In this document: positions 1-11,590 of the stretch, piece by piece
Position numbering within the stretch: the stretch's first letter is position 1
Layout: each line of letters starts with the position of its first letter
Source of the DNA: Eledone cirrhosa
Taxonomy: Eukaryota
Reading direction: 5' to 3'
Assembly (NCBI GenBank): GCA_964016885.1
Contig: OZ024755.1
Coordinates: 26,288,001 to 26,352,000 of the forward strand
DNA length: 64,000 nucleotides
Made by a program: the position numbers and the translations under genes
Notes under the pieces: model-generated
The model's input: only the letters and a program-made list of their open reading frames with translations
What the model was told of the DNA's origin: nothing
Database searches by the model: none

Positions 1-510
1 TGGATTCAGAGCTGCGCAGTGTACTATGTCAGCTTATGAAGAAGTGTGTCAAGCAGCAAGTGCCACTATACTAAATATTTGTGGACCTTACAAAAGCCCT
101 TGATACTGTTAATCATAGTGTAGTGTGAATCATATTGGGGAAACTTGGATGCCCTTATGAATTTGTTGGAATATTAAAAAAACCTCATCAAAATCTGAAA
201 GCAAATGTGAACTTCAATGGGACACTTTCAGAGCCCATTTCTGTGGAAAATGGTGTCAAGCAAGGTGACATATCTGCACCCACTCTGTTCTCCATCTACT
301 TTGCTGTGCTGCTGACATATGCCTTCTAAAACTTCAAAATCAGTGTAGACTTGCAAATTAGAAGGTTTAACACCAAGTCAAAAACATTTAGCACTCTTGT
401 TAGGGAGTTCTTGTATGCTGATGATGCAGATTTTGTGGCATACACTGCAGGGGACATGCATTTGATATTGGACATCTTGTAACACATGTAAACTAAACAA
501 CATCTCATAC
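1..510 (+). mobile_element. Degenerate RTE-clade (BovB-like) LINE reverse-transcriptase fragment
   Basis: Translates with stops/frameshifts to FVDLTKALDTV...GVKQGDISAPTLFSIYF...REFLYADDADF (non-LTR RT motifs). Confidence 0.85.
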
Positions 511-1009
511 AAAAAAAAAGAAAACATTGATTCCATGAAATACATAAAAATGATTATGGTGGAAGAAACAGAGTGATAGGAGGCTAAAGGAGAGAGTAAT
601 AGAGAAGATAGTAAATAATAGATATGTGTTGGTTATTGGCCAAAGGTTGTGTAGATTATAGTATGAGAAGCATGATGAGGCAGAATAAAATGAGTTAGGA
701 TGAGTGGTGGTTAGCAACAAAGATGGGTGACTGAGAGTGGTAGATATAAACCAAAAGCCACAAGGAGGAGAAAGAATGGTAGTTAGTGGTAGATGGCGAC
801 AGATTGAGAACTATAGAGAGAAGTAGGAATGGTGGCAGTGCACTAAATATGGATTAGTCAGATGCCTTTTCTCCCTTCCTTGTGACATAAACATTGTGAT
901 AGAAGCGTGGTATGGTAATGATAATGGGTAATGGTGGAAGGATTGAATACAGACATATCAAATGCCACTTCTCATTACACTGTGGCATGGCACAGGAAAT
1001 AAGATAGAG

Positions 1010-1341
1010 CAGAGGTTCTCAAAGTGGCCGCTACTGCCCCCGCCCCCACCACGGGGGTGGGGTCGTCGAAAAGCAGAAGGGGGTGCTGGGGTCTAAGGGG
1101 GCAGTAGAGATGATATAATAGTATATTAAATATCAAATGATATATATTAAAATAAAAGATATACAATATTTATTTATATATAATATATATTATATTATTT
1201 ATTATATATCAATTAACGATTTTATTTATATATTATTTATAATTTGTGTGTAAGCAGATCGTTCTGGAAATAGGGGGGGGGGCACTGAGGGTATTACATG
1301 GCCGTGAGGGGGTGGTGGCCTAAAACGTTTGAGAACCTCTG
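1010..1341. mobile_element. Non-autonomous hAT (Charlie-like) DNA transposon/MITE
   Basis: TIRs CAGAGGTTCTCAAA (1010) and TTTGAGAACCTCTG (ends 1341); perfect 8-bp TSD AGATAGAG at 1002-1009 and 1342-1349. Confidence 0.92.
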
Positions 1342-1692
1342 AGATAGAGGTTGATAGATGAGAAAGTGTTTTGTGTGTAACAATAGAGAAGTAAATGGAG
1401 ACTCAATAGAGAAGCAAAAGACTTTCCAATTTTATCTGAATGACTTTTGCATTGCAGGTCTTGCATAGGCAGGTCTTCTCCTGCATAGCATGATGCCAAT
1501 CATCATAGTTATTTGTCACCTCTACATACACTTACATTCTATAACACATTTTACATGAATGTATGGATATTTAAGGTAAACAAAGTGAAAAATTATCATT
1601 GGTATTACTATTGCTATTTTGTGGTTGTTTCTGTTTTAGTAAAGAAGATATTTTAACACTGATTTTGTTGAGTTAGATACCATTTTAAGTTT

Positions 1693-1693
<1 letters not shown>

Positions 1694-1732
<39 letters not shown>

Positions 1733-4700
1733 GTTTAACGTCCGTATTCCACGCTCGCATGGGTTTGGACGGGAGTTTTCCCACTTGAGGCAAGAGTGGT
1801 TGTCTTGCTCGCATAGGACTGTCTGGCGGGTTTTCTACGGCTGGATGCCCTTCCTAACACCAACCACATTTACAGTGTGGAACTGGGAGGTTTTTACCGT
1901 GTTACCTACACGGCCACATTACAGTGTGGACTGTGTGTTTTTTTGTCGTGACACCTACACGACCTTATTTGTTTCGGGCTGGATGTTGTGGTACCAACAT
2001 AACTTTACATTGAAAGGGGTGGTGTGGATGGGGTGGGGGTAGTGGGATGGGGGTGTATTTTGTTAGAGGTGCCTACTGACTGTAGTAGGTTTCATTTTGC
2101 ACTTAGGTAAGGCGGATCTTCTCTATTACTGTGTAGCGCCAAAGATCTCGGTCCAGTGACATTGTCTTGGAGAGGTGTGTGTGAGGTCGGAATTTATCAA
2201 GTCGTCCCAGGTTTTTCTGGGTCTGCCTACTCCGTGGCTACCGTCTATTTTTATTGCCCTGCACTTTTTTATACAGCTGTCGTCTTTCATGCGCATCACG
2301 TGACCATACCAACGTAGTCTTCTCTCGAGTAAACAACATCTGATCCCTCTTATTTCTAATTTCTCCCTTAGTTCATTTATGCTTTGCCGTTCACGTATAT
2401 TACTATTACACATCCAGCGGAGCATGCAAGCTTCGTTTCTCTCCAGTCTGCGTATATCCTCTGCACACAATGCCCAGGTCTCACTGCCATGTAACATTGC
2501 TGTTCGTATGCAGGCATCATACAGCCTGCCTTTCATTTTTAGAGAGAACCCTTTAGCGGCCAATAGTGGTATAAGCTCTCTGAACTTTTTCCATCCCGTT
2601 CTGACTCTAGCTACTGTACTTTCAGAGCACCCTCCCCCACTGCTGATTTTGTCATCCAGGTAACGGAAGCTGTCCACTATTTCTATAGAACCATCTGTGC
2701 AATGGAATGAGTTAGTATTCTGTGGGCACTTGTTGCTACTTATTGCACCAGAGCACCGGCCACATATAAAATCTATGTTCTTAGTTAGCTTACCTGTGAT
2801 CCCACTACATCTTTTATGTACCCATACTTTGCATTTGGGACATAAAATGGAGTTTCCACCTACTCCTTTCCTACACACTGAGCATGGCCATTTCTCAGAT
2901 GGGACCGGTGCCCTATTTTCCTTCCTACAAACTAGAAGTTTAGTCTTAGACAAGTTAACTTTAAGGCCTTTTGATTCTAGGCCATGCTTCCATGTTTGGA
3001 ATTTCTTCTCTAGTTCAGCCATTGATTCAGCTATGAGCGTTAGATCATCTGCATATAGGAGTTCCCATGGGCAGCCGGTCTTGAACTCCTCTGTTATAGC
3101 CTGAAGGGCAATAATAAATAGTAGGGGGCTAAGGACGGAGCCCTGATGAACACCAACTTTTACGCTAAACTCTTCACTATATTCGTTGTTAATTCTGACC
3201 TTGCTGACTGTTTCTTTATACATGGCTTGTATAGCTCTCACAAGCCATTCATCAACACCTAGTTTTCTAAGGGCCCACCAGATAATCGAGTGGGGTACTC
3301 TGTCAAAGGTTTTCTCCAAGTCAACAAAAGCTAAGTATAGGGGTTTACTTTTAGCTAGGCACTTCTCCTGTAGTTGTCGTACAATGAAAAGAGCGTCTGT
3401 TGTACTTTTACCTGACACAAACCCGAACTGCATTTCGTCTAGATCAATTCGCTCTCTGATTAGTTGCGCTATTACTTTTTCTGTGACCTTCATGACCTGG
3501 TCAATTAATTTAAAACCTTTATAGTTTCCCCTATCTAGGGCATCACCTTTACCCTTGTAGCAGTTAATGATGATGCTGCTGCGCCAGTCCTTCGGAACAA
3601 CTCCATTCTGTATGACTTGGTTTACTATCTGGGTGACCATAGTGTGTCCCACTGTTCCAGATGCTTTCAGCATTTCGGCAACTATTTCCGAAGGCCCAGC
3701 CGCCTTGCCCGTCTTCATGTCTTTGATCGCCTTACTTATTATACTACCTTCAACTTGCACTGCTGGTCCTTCTATTGGGTCGATGTGGGGGAGACTGTCT
3801 TTCTCCCAATTATTCTCCTCATTTAGTAGCCTTTCGTAGTGACACTTCCAAGCTACCTTCTTATCAGCTTCAGTGATGGCAAGTACACCATCATCATTTA
3901 GGACACACTTCTCCCCAACAATATCACTGTTTTCGTTGACACATTGCCTAGCAATCCTGAACACCTCACGTTTTTGGTCCTCGCGTTGTAGAACATGCTT
4001 GAACTTTCTTTCCTCTGCTTCCCTTCTTGCGAAGTGCACTTGTCTCCTAGCTTCCCTCCTGGCCACTTGATAGTCTTCTCTACTTCCCCCATCCCGCCAT
4101 ACTTTCCAAGCCTGATTTTTGGCCTTGATTGACCTCTCCACCTTACTGTTCCACCACCAAGTTACTCTCCTCCTGCCTATAGGCCTGCTCCAGCCACAGG
4201 TTTCATGTGTCGCCTTCAGCAGGTTAGCTTTCAGGAATTCCCACTGCTCCTCTATATTGTACGACTCTAATTGCTCTTCCTTACTAGCAAAAGCATCAAG
4301 TAATATGCTTTTAAATTTATGACTGGCTGTGGGGTCCTTTAATTTCCATATTTTTCTCCTGAGGATAGTCCTCTTCTGTTGTCGAATACGTCTCGTCCTG
4401 ACTATGAGGTCGCTAATTATGAGTCTATGTTGAGACGTGCATTCTTCATGGGGGAGGGATTTAGTGTTTACTACAGACACTCTGTCACGTCTCTTGGTAA
4501 GGATATAATCTACCTGGCTTGTGTGTTCCCCCGATCTATCAGTGATCAAGTGATTGTCTCGTTTTTTGAAGTTAGTGTTACAGATAGTTAGGTTATTTGC
4601 GTCGCAGAATTCCAGGATTCTGGAGCCTTCCTCATTTCTAGTACCAAACCCATAGCCTCCATGGATTCCATCATAGCCGTCACAATGTTGTCCAACGTGA

Positions 4701-5170
4701 CCATTTAGGTCGCCAGCAATAATTATATAGTCACTGTCGGTTATTTGGGAGGTAGTGAGCATCAGTGTCTCATAGAATCTGTCTTTTATAGTGCTGGGCA
4801 GTCCGGATTGGGGTGCGTACGCAGATATTACTGTCACCGTAGTTCTATTGAGGACAAATCTTATTTTAATTATTCTGTCGTTCACTCTATTTACGTCTAT
4901 TATCTTATCTGCCCACTTTTCTGCTACCATGATTCCTACTCCACCCAGCCCATTGTCATTTCCCACCCAGAAAAGCTTATAGCATCGTTCTTTACCCACG
5001 ATGTATCTAGCAGACCCACCCCTCCACCTGGTCTCTTGAATACAACAAACATCGACCTCCTTACGTTCAAGCATTTCTACAACCTCGTTAGAGCGACCCT
5101 TTCAGGTGCCTACATTCATGGTACCAACTCTGAAGTTTTGGATTGCGTTTGGATATTGGGTAGTTAGCGA
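1694..5170 (-). mobile_element. Near-full-length RTE-clade LINE with 3' UTR and (GAT)n tail
   Basis: Single long APE+RT ORF, 3' UTR containing GGTTGGTGTTAGGAAGGGCATCCAGCCGTAGAAA, and (ATC)n on + strand at 1694-1732. The 5' boundary is approximate. Confidence 0.93.
2126..5074 (-). CDS. RTE LINE polyprotein: AP endonuclease + reverse transcriptase with embedded PHD finger (982 aa)
   Basis: APE motifs CCIQETRW, AYAP, IAGDLNGHVG, QVDYIL, SQHRL; RT motifs QFGF, AFVDLEKTFDRV, GVHQGSVLSPLLF, LLYADD; RTE C-terminus LHGSETW, RRLRWYGHVMR, GRPRKTW. The first APE motif lies upstream of an in-frame TGA (5102-5104). Confidence 0.93.
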   Translation of the reverse strand: MLERKEVDVCCIQETRWRGGSARYIVGKERCYKLFWVGNDNGLGGVGIMVAEKWADKIIDVNRVNDRIIKIRFVLNRTTVTVISAYAPQSGLPSTIKDRFYETLMLTTSQITDSDYIIIAGDLNGHVGQHCDGYDGIHGGYGFGTRNEEGSRILEFCDANNLTICNTNFKKRDNHLITDRSGEHTSQVDYILTKRRDRVSVVNTKSLPHEECTSQHRLIISDLIVRTRRIRQQKRTILRRKIWKLKDPTASHKFKSILLDAFASKEEQLESYNIEEQWEFLKANLLKATHETCGWSRPIGRRRVTWWWNSKVERSIKAKNQAWKVWRDGGSREDYQVARREARRQVHFARREAEERKFKHVLQREDQKREVFRIARQCVNENSDIVGEKCVLNDDGVLAITEADKKVAWKCHYERLLNEENNWEKDSLPHIDPIEGPAVQVEGSIISKAIKDMKTGKAAGPSEIVAEMLKASGTVGHTMVTQIVNQVIQNGVVPKDWRSSIIINCYKGKGDALDRGNYKGFKLIDQVMKVTEKVIAQLIRERIDLDEMQFGFVSGKSTTDALFIVRQLQEKCLAKSKPLYLAFVDLEKTFDRVPHSIIWWALRKLGVDEWLVRAIQAMYKETVSKVRINNEYSEEFSVKVGVHQGSVLSPLLFIIALQAITEEFKTGCPWELLYADDLTLIAESMAELEKKFQTWKHGLESKGLKVNLSKTKLLVCRKENRAPVPSEKWPCSVCRKGVGGNSILCPKCKVWVHKRCSGITGKLTKNIDFICGRCSGAISSNKCPQNTNSFHCTDGSIEIVDSFRYLDDKISSGGGCSESTVARVRTGWKKFRELIPLLAAKGFSLKMKGRLYDACIRTAMLHGSETWALCAEDIRRLERNEACMLRWMCNSNIRERQSINELREKLEIRGIRCCLLERRLRWYGHVMRMKDDSCIKKCRAIKIDGSHGVGRPRKTWDDLINSDLTHTSPRQCHWTEIFGATQ

Positions 5171-5650
5171 GAAGGTTAAGATCCCCGTATTTTGGGCATA
5201 ATTTAACAAGCATAAAACAATAATAGAAGATTTGTTTTGAAAAAATACGCTAGAATTATCGAATAGAAAGCAAAGATTGGATTCGGAGAGAAATGATACA
5301 GAATGATGAATGGACTAGGGAATTAAAATGGTGAGAAGAGTGAAGAAACATTTGTACGTTACATTACACCGTGATAGCAGCCTAGCCTGTCTAGGGTTGG
5401 CGATTTTTGAGGTTTCGTACTTGCAGGATTTATTTTATATTTGGAGAGAGAGGAAGGGATTGGCGGCGAAACATTCTTTATTTAAATAATTATATAATTG
5501 CTTGCTTTTCCCCCCAGAAAATATTACTTTGTGTCTGTAATGCAATTCCTTAGAGATTAATTTAAAAATGATTTCTCATGCCAAACACATCCTTTTTAAT
5601 TCATTGTTTGCTTCAAAAATAACTAGACTAATATAATTATGTTTTATTAT

Positions 5651-5837
5651 TGGATTGGCAGTATCGGTAGAGGGTCGGATGCCATGCTTTCCAGCATAGT
5701 TACGTCCCTTTACGATCTGAGTTCAAATCCCGCTGAGGTTGACTTTGCCTTTCACCCTTACGGGGTCGATAAAATAAAGTACCAGTAATGCACTGGGTAA
5801 TTGCTGGCCTTGTGCCAAAAAGTAGAAACAATTATTT
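5651..5837 (+). mobile_element. tRNA-derived SINE, family A
   Basis: A box TGGCAGTATCGG, B box GAGTTCAAATCC, central GCCTTTCACCCTTACGGGGTCGATAAAATAAAGTACCAG; more than 15 homologous copies in the window. Confidence 0.9.
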
Positions 5838-6769
5838 GATAAAAGGTGATATTTATTTTAGCTGTTTCTAATTTTACTGTTTCTAATTTTACTGATTACT
5901 GTTTCTAATTTTACTGATTATATGATTTATACATAAAAAAAAATGGAAGTATATAGGAAGGAGAAAAGTTAAAACTGATAATGTATGAAAAAATGTTTTA
6001 TTTTCTATTAAATATTTTTTCAATAGATGTTATGTAAATGAAAAATTGTTTTTAAATTTGTGGTTTCATTTACAGAAATATTGTTGGTTTGGTGAGACAT
6101 ATTATCTAACTGCTCAGTTTGTAAATGGAGCTAGTAAATATAAGTTCTTTGTGTATAATAGTTTTTATTTATTTTCTAATATTTTCATTATTGTATAAAA
6201 TGAAAATAAAAAACAACTGCCCATCTGCTCAATTGAAAGTATTTAAAAATATTGATTTTATCTTTGCTGAATTTACATCATTGTTGCTATCTATATCGAT
6301 AGCATGTTCATTTTAAATTGATCATTATTGATTAATGTTTACTCTACAGCTGATTCAAGGGTATATTTCAACCAAACATATCCCCCAAAGTCCATGAATA
6401 GATATGAGTTTATTCTTTCTTTTCTTTCTAGTCCTATTATCCTTTGACAAATTATCTAGCCCCCCCCCCCCCCCCCCTCTCTCTCTCTCTCTTGACTATT
6501 TCTTGCTATTTCTCATCCTTTTTTCTTCAGATAGAAACCTTGATCTTATGATATTTCTATTTTAGATACTGGAGTTTTTAAACAAATATTTATGTAAAAT
6601 ATTCTTCAGATTTAAATAATAAAATCTGTCTTTATTTGTTTGATGTTAAATCATTGCAGCCATGGAGACAATGTATAATCTGATTCAAATATAAATCTTA
6701 TCTAAGATTATTTACTTTTAATATCAGTTGGTGATAATTAGGAAGATTTTCTTGAGTTTAAACGACTTA

Positions 6770-7400
6770 GGTGGCAAATTGAGAACAGCATTAAAGAGTC
6801 GGATAAAATGCTTTGTAATATTTATCTTAGCTCCTTGGATTGTAAGTTAAAATCCAACTAATCTCAACCGAGACTTTCATCCTTCGAAAGTTGACAAATA
6901 AAGTATCAATCTAGAACAATGGACTGATAGAAGAATCACTAGAGTGTCAAATATGATGTATCATGGTGTTTGTTCTTCTCTTTGAACTCTGGGTTAAAGT
7001 TCTGATGTGGCCTATTTGAAGGGTAAGCTTAACCTGTTACCCAATTTAACACCAACACCTGACCCTTATGTGTTTGATTAAATCGACCACAGTACATAAC
7101 TGGTACTTTATTTTATGAACCCCATAGGGAGGAAACGCATAGCTAACCTTGGTGGAATTTGAACTCTTCATGTAAGGAACCCAAACAAATACCGCAAAGC
7201 ATTTTACTCAATGCCGTAATGATTTTGCCAACCCACCACCCTTACATGTTGTTATTTCTAATTTGAACACAAGGCCACAACTGAAGAGGATAGGTATAGC
7301 TGACTAAATCAGAATCAGTACTGGACTCATACTTATTTTATTGTCCCCCAGAAGGATGAAATGCAAAGTCTACTCCAACAGGATTTGAATTCAGAATACA
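6770..7400. mobile_element. Cluster of old SINE-A copies (+ at ~6770-7010; - at ~7070-7240 and ~7250-7400)
   Basis: Diverged matches to the SINE-A B box and central domain on both strands. Confidence 0.7.
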
Positions 7401-8009
7401 CCATAGATCACGTTTTCAATAAGATCACCTTCTTGTCTATTTCCTATCCCGACATTATATGTTCATATCTTCTGGAAAGATCTCTGTCCATTCTCCACTA
7501 TAACTCAAAAACTTATTGACACCTGCAAACATTATTAGAATTCTCTTGCCATTGTTATCGACAGTTTCTTATCTTTAGAACTAGATAAACCTAGCCATTG
7601 TGAGTGGTCACAGTGTCTTGGCCACAGACATAATGAACTGCTTCCTTCTTGGTTGGTTGTCTCATATCTTATTACAGTAGCCATCCACGTTCTCAAACAT
7701 AAATTATTTGTGATCAAATTATTGATAAATGGTTACATTTTACTTAACTTCACTATTTCTAGGCTTTCAGTAATTATCAAAGTTATCCACTTTGAAATGT
7801 AATTTGATAACTAAAACTTCTTTGTTTGCTTTTATGTTCATGCTATTTCTTTAACTAAATTTGTCTTGAAATTCAATAAGTCTTTAGTATTATGTCAGTT
7901 GAATAGAGATCCATTCTAGTGTTAAACAACTTTTCTTGTAATAAAATGAGTAATTCTAGGTCATATTTTGGTTCTTTTGTCAGAGCTGTCTACACGAGAG
8001 TGGACATTA

Positions 8010-8300
8010 TTATCATCATCATCGTTTAACATCCATTTTCCATGCTTACTCATATAGAACTGTTTCTGGCTAGGTTTCTATGCTGGATGCCCTTCCTAAC
8101 ACCAACCACATTTAGAGTGTGTGCTGGGTACTTTTTTTTGTGACACCTACACGACCACTTTTTTTTGTGATACCTACACGACCACTTTACAGTATGGGCT
8201 GGGTGCTTTTTTATTGTGACACCTGCACGACCAATTTAAAGTGTGGACTGGCTGCTTTTGTTGTGTCAACAACACAACCACTTTACAGTGTGGACTGTAT
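8010..8300 (-). mobile_element. 3' UTR/tail copy of the RTE family at 1694-5170 (or a SINE sharing that tail)
   Basis: CATCATCATCGTTTAAC...CTGGATGCCCTTCCTAACACCAACC plus subrepeats like 1865-1965. Confidence 0.8.
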
Positions 8301-8354
8301 ATATAAACGAACATCTGTTAACAATTTGGATATATTTTTGCACATATAATCTTG

Positions 8355-8427
8355 CATATCCGAGGAAATGTCAAGTTTGGCCCCAGTCATTACCCTGAGT
8401 TGATCGACATTGAACAATTATAATATG
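8355..8427 (+). ncRNA. Degenerate type I hammerhead ribozyme
   Basis: Stem I CATAT/ATATG; core CCGAGGA (U4 mutated); stem II AATGTC...GACATT; GAA-CAATTA-TA; AATAAA downstream. The 3' half resembles 59606-59635. Confidence 0.6.
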
Positions 8428-8587
8428 CCAATAAAGTTTATATATATGCTGCAACAAACACTTTGATCCTACTTACTTCATTTACATGCTGCACACTACA
8501 GCTGCCTTAACTCTGGTATACAACCTTCCGGTCGAGTGCTTCGAATAACACACCACTGTAGTTGCACAGTTAACTAACATATATATA

Positions 8588-8715
8588 TACAAGTAGGTCA
8601 GCTAAATTATTCATAGGTTAACTATGAAGGAGTGATGCTAGAATTTGTATCCATTAATTTTCACCCATCTTATTAATAACTGCATTATTTCTTTCCAGTG
8701 AATATGTTGAAAAGG
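8588..8715 (+). mobile_element. Fragment of the mariner-like MITE family seen at 17520-17864
   Basis: TTCATAGGTTAACTATGAAGGAGTGATGCTAGAA...TTCTTTCCAG matches 17540-17650. Confidence 0.7.
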
Positions 8716-9356
8716 TAGGGAGCTTTCTTTTTATATGTTCAAAGCTAGCAGGGTATACAATGTATAAAGTTACATCCCTGTTAGTTTTGTTTTCAATCTC
8801 CACCCAAGGTGGTTGTCAATGTAATCAACTATTTGTACTTACACTGTATCTACCCCCTTTTGTGTGACCAACAGTGATAAAACAGGGTTGATAAAATCAA
8901 CTTACCCCTAACACTAATAATTTCTTTGTATTCCACTTTAATTAATATTAGCTACTCCTTAATTTGTCGAGTTGTATCAGACAGTGTTTTTGGCTGCTGT
9001 TTCTAGCATCATTGTAAGCCTGTCCCATAGTGCTAATATATTAAGAGAGGTTTAATCATTTAATAGTTCAACACAATGTGTTTTGGACAGCATGCTGCCT
9101 CAGCAATGGAAACGGTATGCATAATTTCATGATCAACATAGTCTCTTAGTTTTGAAGAATAAACTTCCCTGAAGAGTATTGTGAATTCTTCCAATATTGG
9201 TATTTCCAATAAATTGTTTCTTCCACAAATGAAACCATGGTCGGAAGATCTTTATATAAGTTAGACTAACTTAATTTTGTCTGTCTGGCTTATAAGCCCA
9301 TAAATAGAGTTTATTTTTTCACTTAAATATATATATAAATATATATATATGTAAAC

Positions 9357-9558
9357 GTGGTTGGTGTTAGGAAGGGCATCCAGCCGTAGAAAACCTGCCA
9401 GACAGTCCTATACGAGCAAGACAACCAATTTTGCCTCACGTGGGACAATTCCCGTCTAAGTCCATGCTAGTGTGGAAGATAGACATTAAACGATGATGAT
9501 GATATATATATATATACCCATGCTAGCGTGGAAGATGGACGTTAAAGGAAGATGATGA

Positions 9559-9561
<3 letters not shown>
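9357..9561 (+). mobile_element. 5'-truncated RTE tail copy with duplicated extreme 3' end, in (TA)n
   Basis: Close match to the reverse complement of 1733-1865; ends TTAAACGATGATGATGAT; the last ~45 nt are repeated at ~9518-9561. Confidence 0.85.
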
Positions 9562-9613
<52 letters not shown>

Positions 9614-10100
9614 ACAGAAATTATAATTATGAGATGGAGCGTTAGACAAAAAATTGTCAATTTAGTTCTTTATCATTGCTTCCAGGGACTGGATGGAATG
9701 TAGGGGTCAATAAAATAAAAGACCATTCAAGTACTGCTTGTAGTTGTGTTGATTACATTGACTAACCCCTAGACCCTTACTAATATTGCCACACTGGGAC
9801 CTTATTGTTGTTGTTGCTTTTTATAAAAAAAGAAGAAAAATATTAAATGAGAGAAAAGAAAACTATTGTTGTTGTTATTACTAACTATTTAAACCCTTTT
9901 GGTACCAACCTGCATCCCTGTGAAACTATTACCACTCATTTTTAAGGGCTCCAATTTTAATTATAATATAAACAGCTTAGCACAAGTCTTGTTGAAAGTC
10001 ATTTCACCCTCTCCCCCTCAGTTAAGTGGACTGGAGCAACATTAAATGAAGTGTCTTGCTCAAGGACAGAATATACCACCTCCCCCAATACAGGTATCAA

Positions 10101-10986
10101 GAGTTTGAGTTTTTGCCTGAAAGATCTTTGGCAACCTTCCAAGCAAGATGATGGTGTTTGCTGATGTGATGTTGCGATAGCTGATCAATCCTACATGCAC
10201 GCCATATGGACATCTCAACTTACCAACAAGCTAAAACTGGAAATATTCCAAGCAACCATTAAGCCCATATTACTTTATGGATCCGAAACTTGGACACTAA
10301 CATCACAACTTGAGAGGAGATTGGATGGCACATATACCCGCCTCTTAATGAGAGTGCAAAACCTATCCTGGAAACGACATTCCACCTTGTCTAAAATCTA
10401 TGGCAAACTCCCTCGAGCCTCTACCCTTCTAAAATCCCGGAAGATCAATTTGCTGGCCACTGTCACCGTGCCAGCAATGAAATCATATCCGCTCTCTTGC
10501 TCTGGAACCCTGACTCCAGCCTGACTAGGAGTAGGAAGCTGTCATTCCCTGACGTTATCTCTAGGGATACGGGAATCAGTAGACGGGACCTGGGGGCAGC
10601 GATGGGGGACAGGGAATTCTGGGGCCAGCAATGAAATCATATCCGCTCTCTTGCTCTGGAACCTTGACTCCAGCCTGACTAGGAGTAGGAAGCTGTCATT
10701 CCCTGACGTTATCTCTAGGGATACGGGAATCAGTAGACGGGACCTGGGGGCAGCGATGGGGGACAGGGAATTCTGGGGCCAGCAATGAAATCATATCCGC
10801 TCTCTTGCTCTGGAACCCTGACTCCAGCCTGACTAGGAGTAGGAAGCTGTCATTCCCTGACGTTATCTCTAGGGATACGGGAATCAGTAGACGGGGCCTG
10901 GGGGCAGCGATGGGGGACAGGGAATTCTGGGGCGGGAGAGTGAGATCCATCATCTCAACAGTAGTCGACGAATGATGATGATGATG
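10101..10986 (+). mobile_element. 5'-truncated RTE-group LINE with inverted 5' segment, 11-bp TSD and (ATG)n tail
   Basis: ILLYGSETWTLT...RLDGTYTRLL...FAGHCHR; TSD ACAGGTATCAA at 10090-10100 and 10987-10997. Confidence 0.9.
10470..10931 (+). repeat. 154-bp unit tandem triplication inside the LINE 3' end
   Basis: CCAGCAATGAAATC recurs at 10471, 10625 and 10779; copies are near-identical. Confidence 0.95.
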
Positions 10987-11059
10987 ACAGGTATCAAACT
11001 CACTATCATATGATTGTCATCTCAACACCTTAACTCAGCTATGAGCCTTCACAAATATA

Positions 11060-11590
11060 TGGTCTGGTCTCTTCCCATCCTCATTGCTGAGGGTCAGGGA
11101 CCAATGACAATAGCACCAATACTCATCTATTAGATGCTGTATGTCCATAATTCTTATCAGGGAAAAGAGTGTTATCAGGTGGTCCGGAATCCTCATCTGT
11201 CCATTACTCGGAAACTAGCTACTGAGCTGATGCTCACAGGGACGAAGCCGTTGGCCATTTGAAAGGTTGTCACCCAGCTAACAATAGAGTAGAGTCCTAC
11301 CTACTGCGAGTTTGAAATCAGGTGATTCTTGTCCTAGACATACTGCCTACTAAAGCTAACAAGCTCTGTCTGCCTGTTTTCTTTTGTTTTTGTTTTACAT
11401 TATTGGATGGCCATTGACTCTCCTAAGTTCCTATGCCCTATGAAGGGTTTTATTTCTCATCCTGCAGTGTGTCCAGAAATCATTGTCCTCACCAAGCAAG
11501 CTTGGAGAATTTGCTGGCTTAGTCACCAATAACCTGACCATGTGAGGGGTCGTACTGGGTTATGTTACCAGTAGTGCTCAAGGGCAACCT
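11060..11590 (-). mobile_element. Probable degenerate RTE 5' UTR remnant
   Basis: Reverse complement contains GAGCTTGTTAGCTTTAGTAGGCAGTATGTCTAGGACAAG...TGATTTCAAAC, which resembles RTE 5' UTRs (recognition only). Confidence 0.45.

Larger units (their letters stand above)
9990..11050 (-). mobile_element. tRNA-derived SINE family B, interrupted at its B box by an RTE insertion
   Basis: GTGGACTGGAGCAAC...GTGTCTTGCTCAAGGAC at 10026-10067 matches 57860-57905; the head continues after 10997. Confidence 0.7.

Noticed and set aside
3141-3150. CTGATGA motif inside the LINE
   Set aside because: It is the antisense of the GVHQG codons, with no stems or GAAA.
2379-5167. Multiple + strand ORFs overlapping the LINE
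   Set aside because: Antisense shadows of the RTE ORF.
5651-5760. A/B boxes as a tRNA gene (also in other SINE copies)
   Set aside because: No complete cloverleaf or acceptor stem; followed by SINE body and tail; many diverged copies.
11490-11590. HDV-like ribozyme at a putative RTE 5' end (GACCCCTCACATGGTC...GACTAAGCC on -)
   Set aside because: The helices I could form are nested, not the double pseudoknot; the copy is too degenerate to support it.
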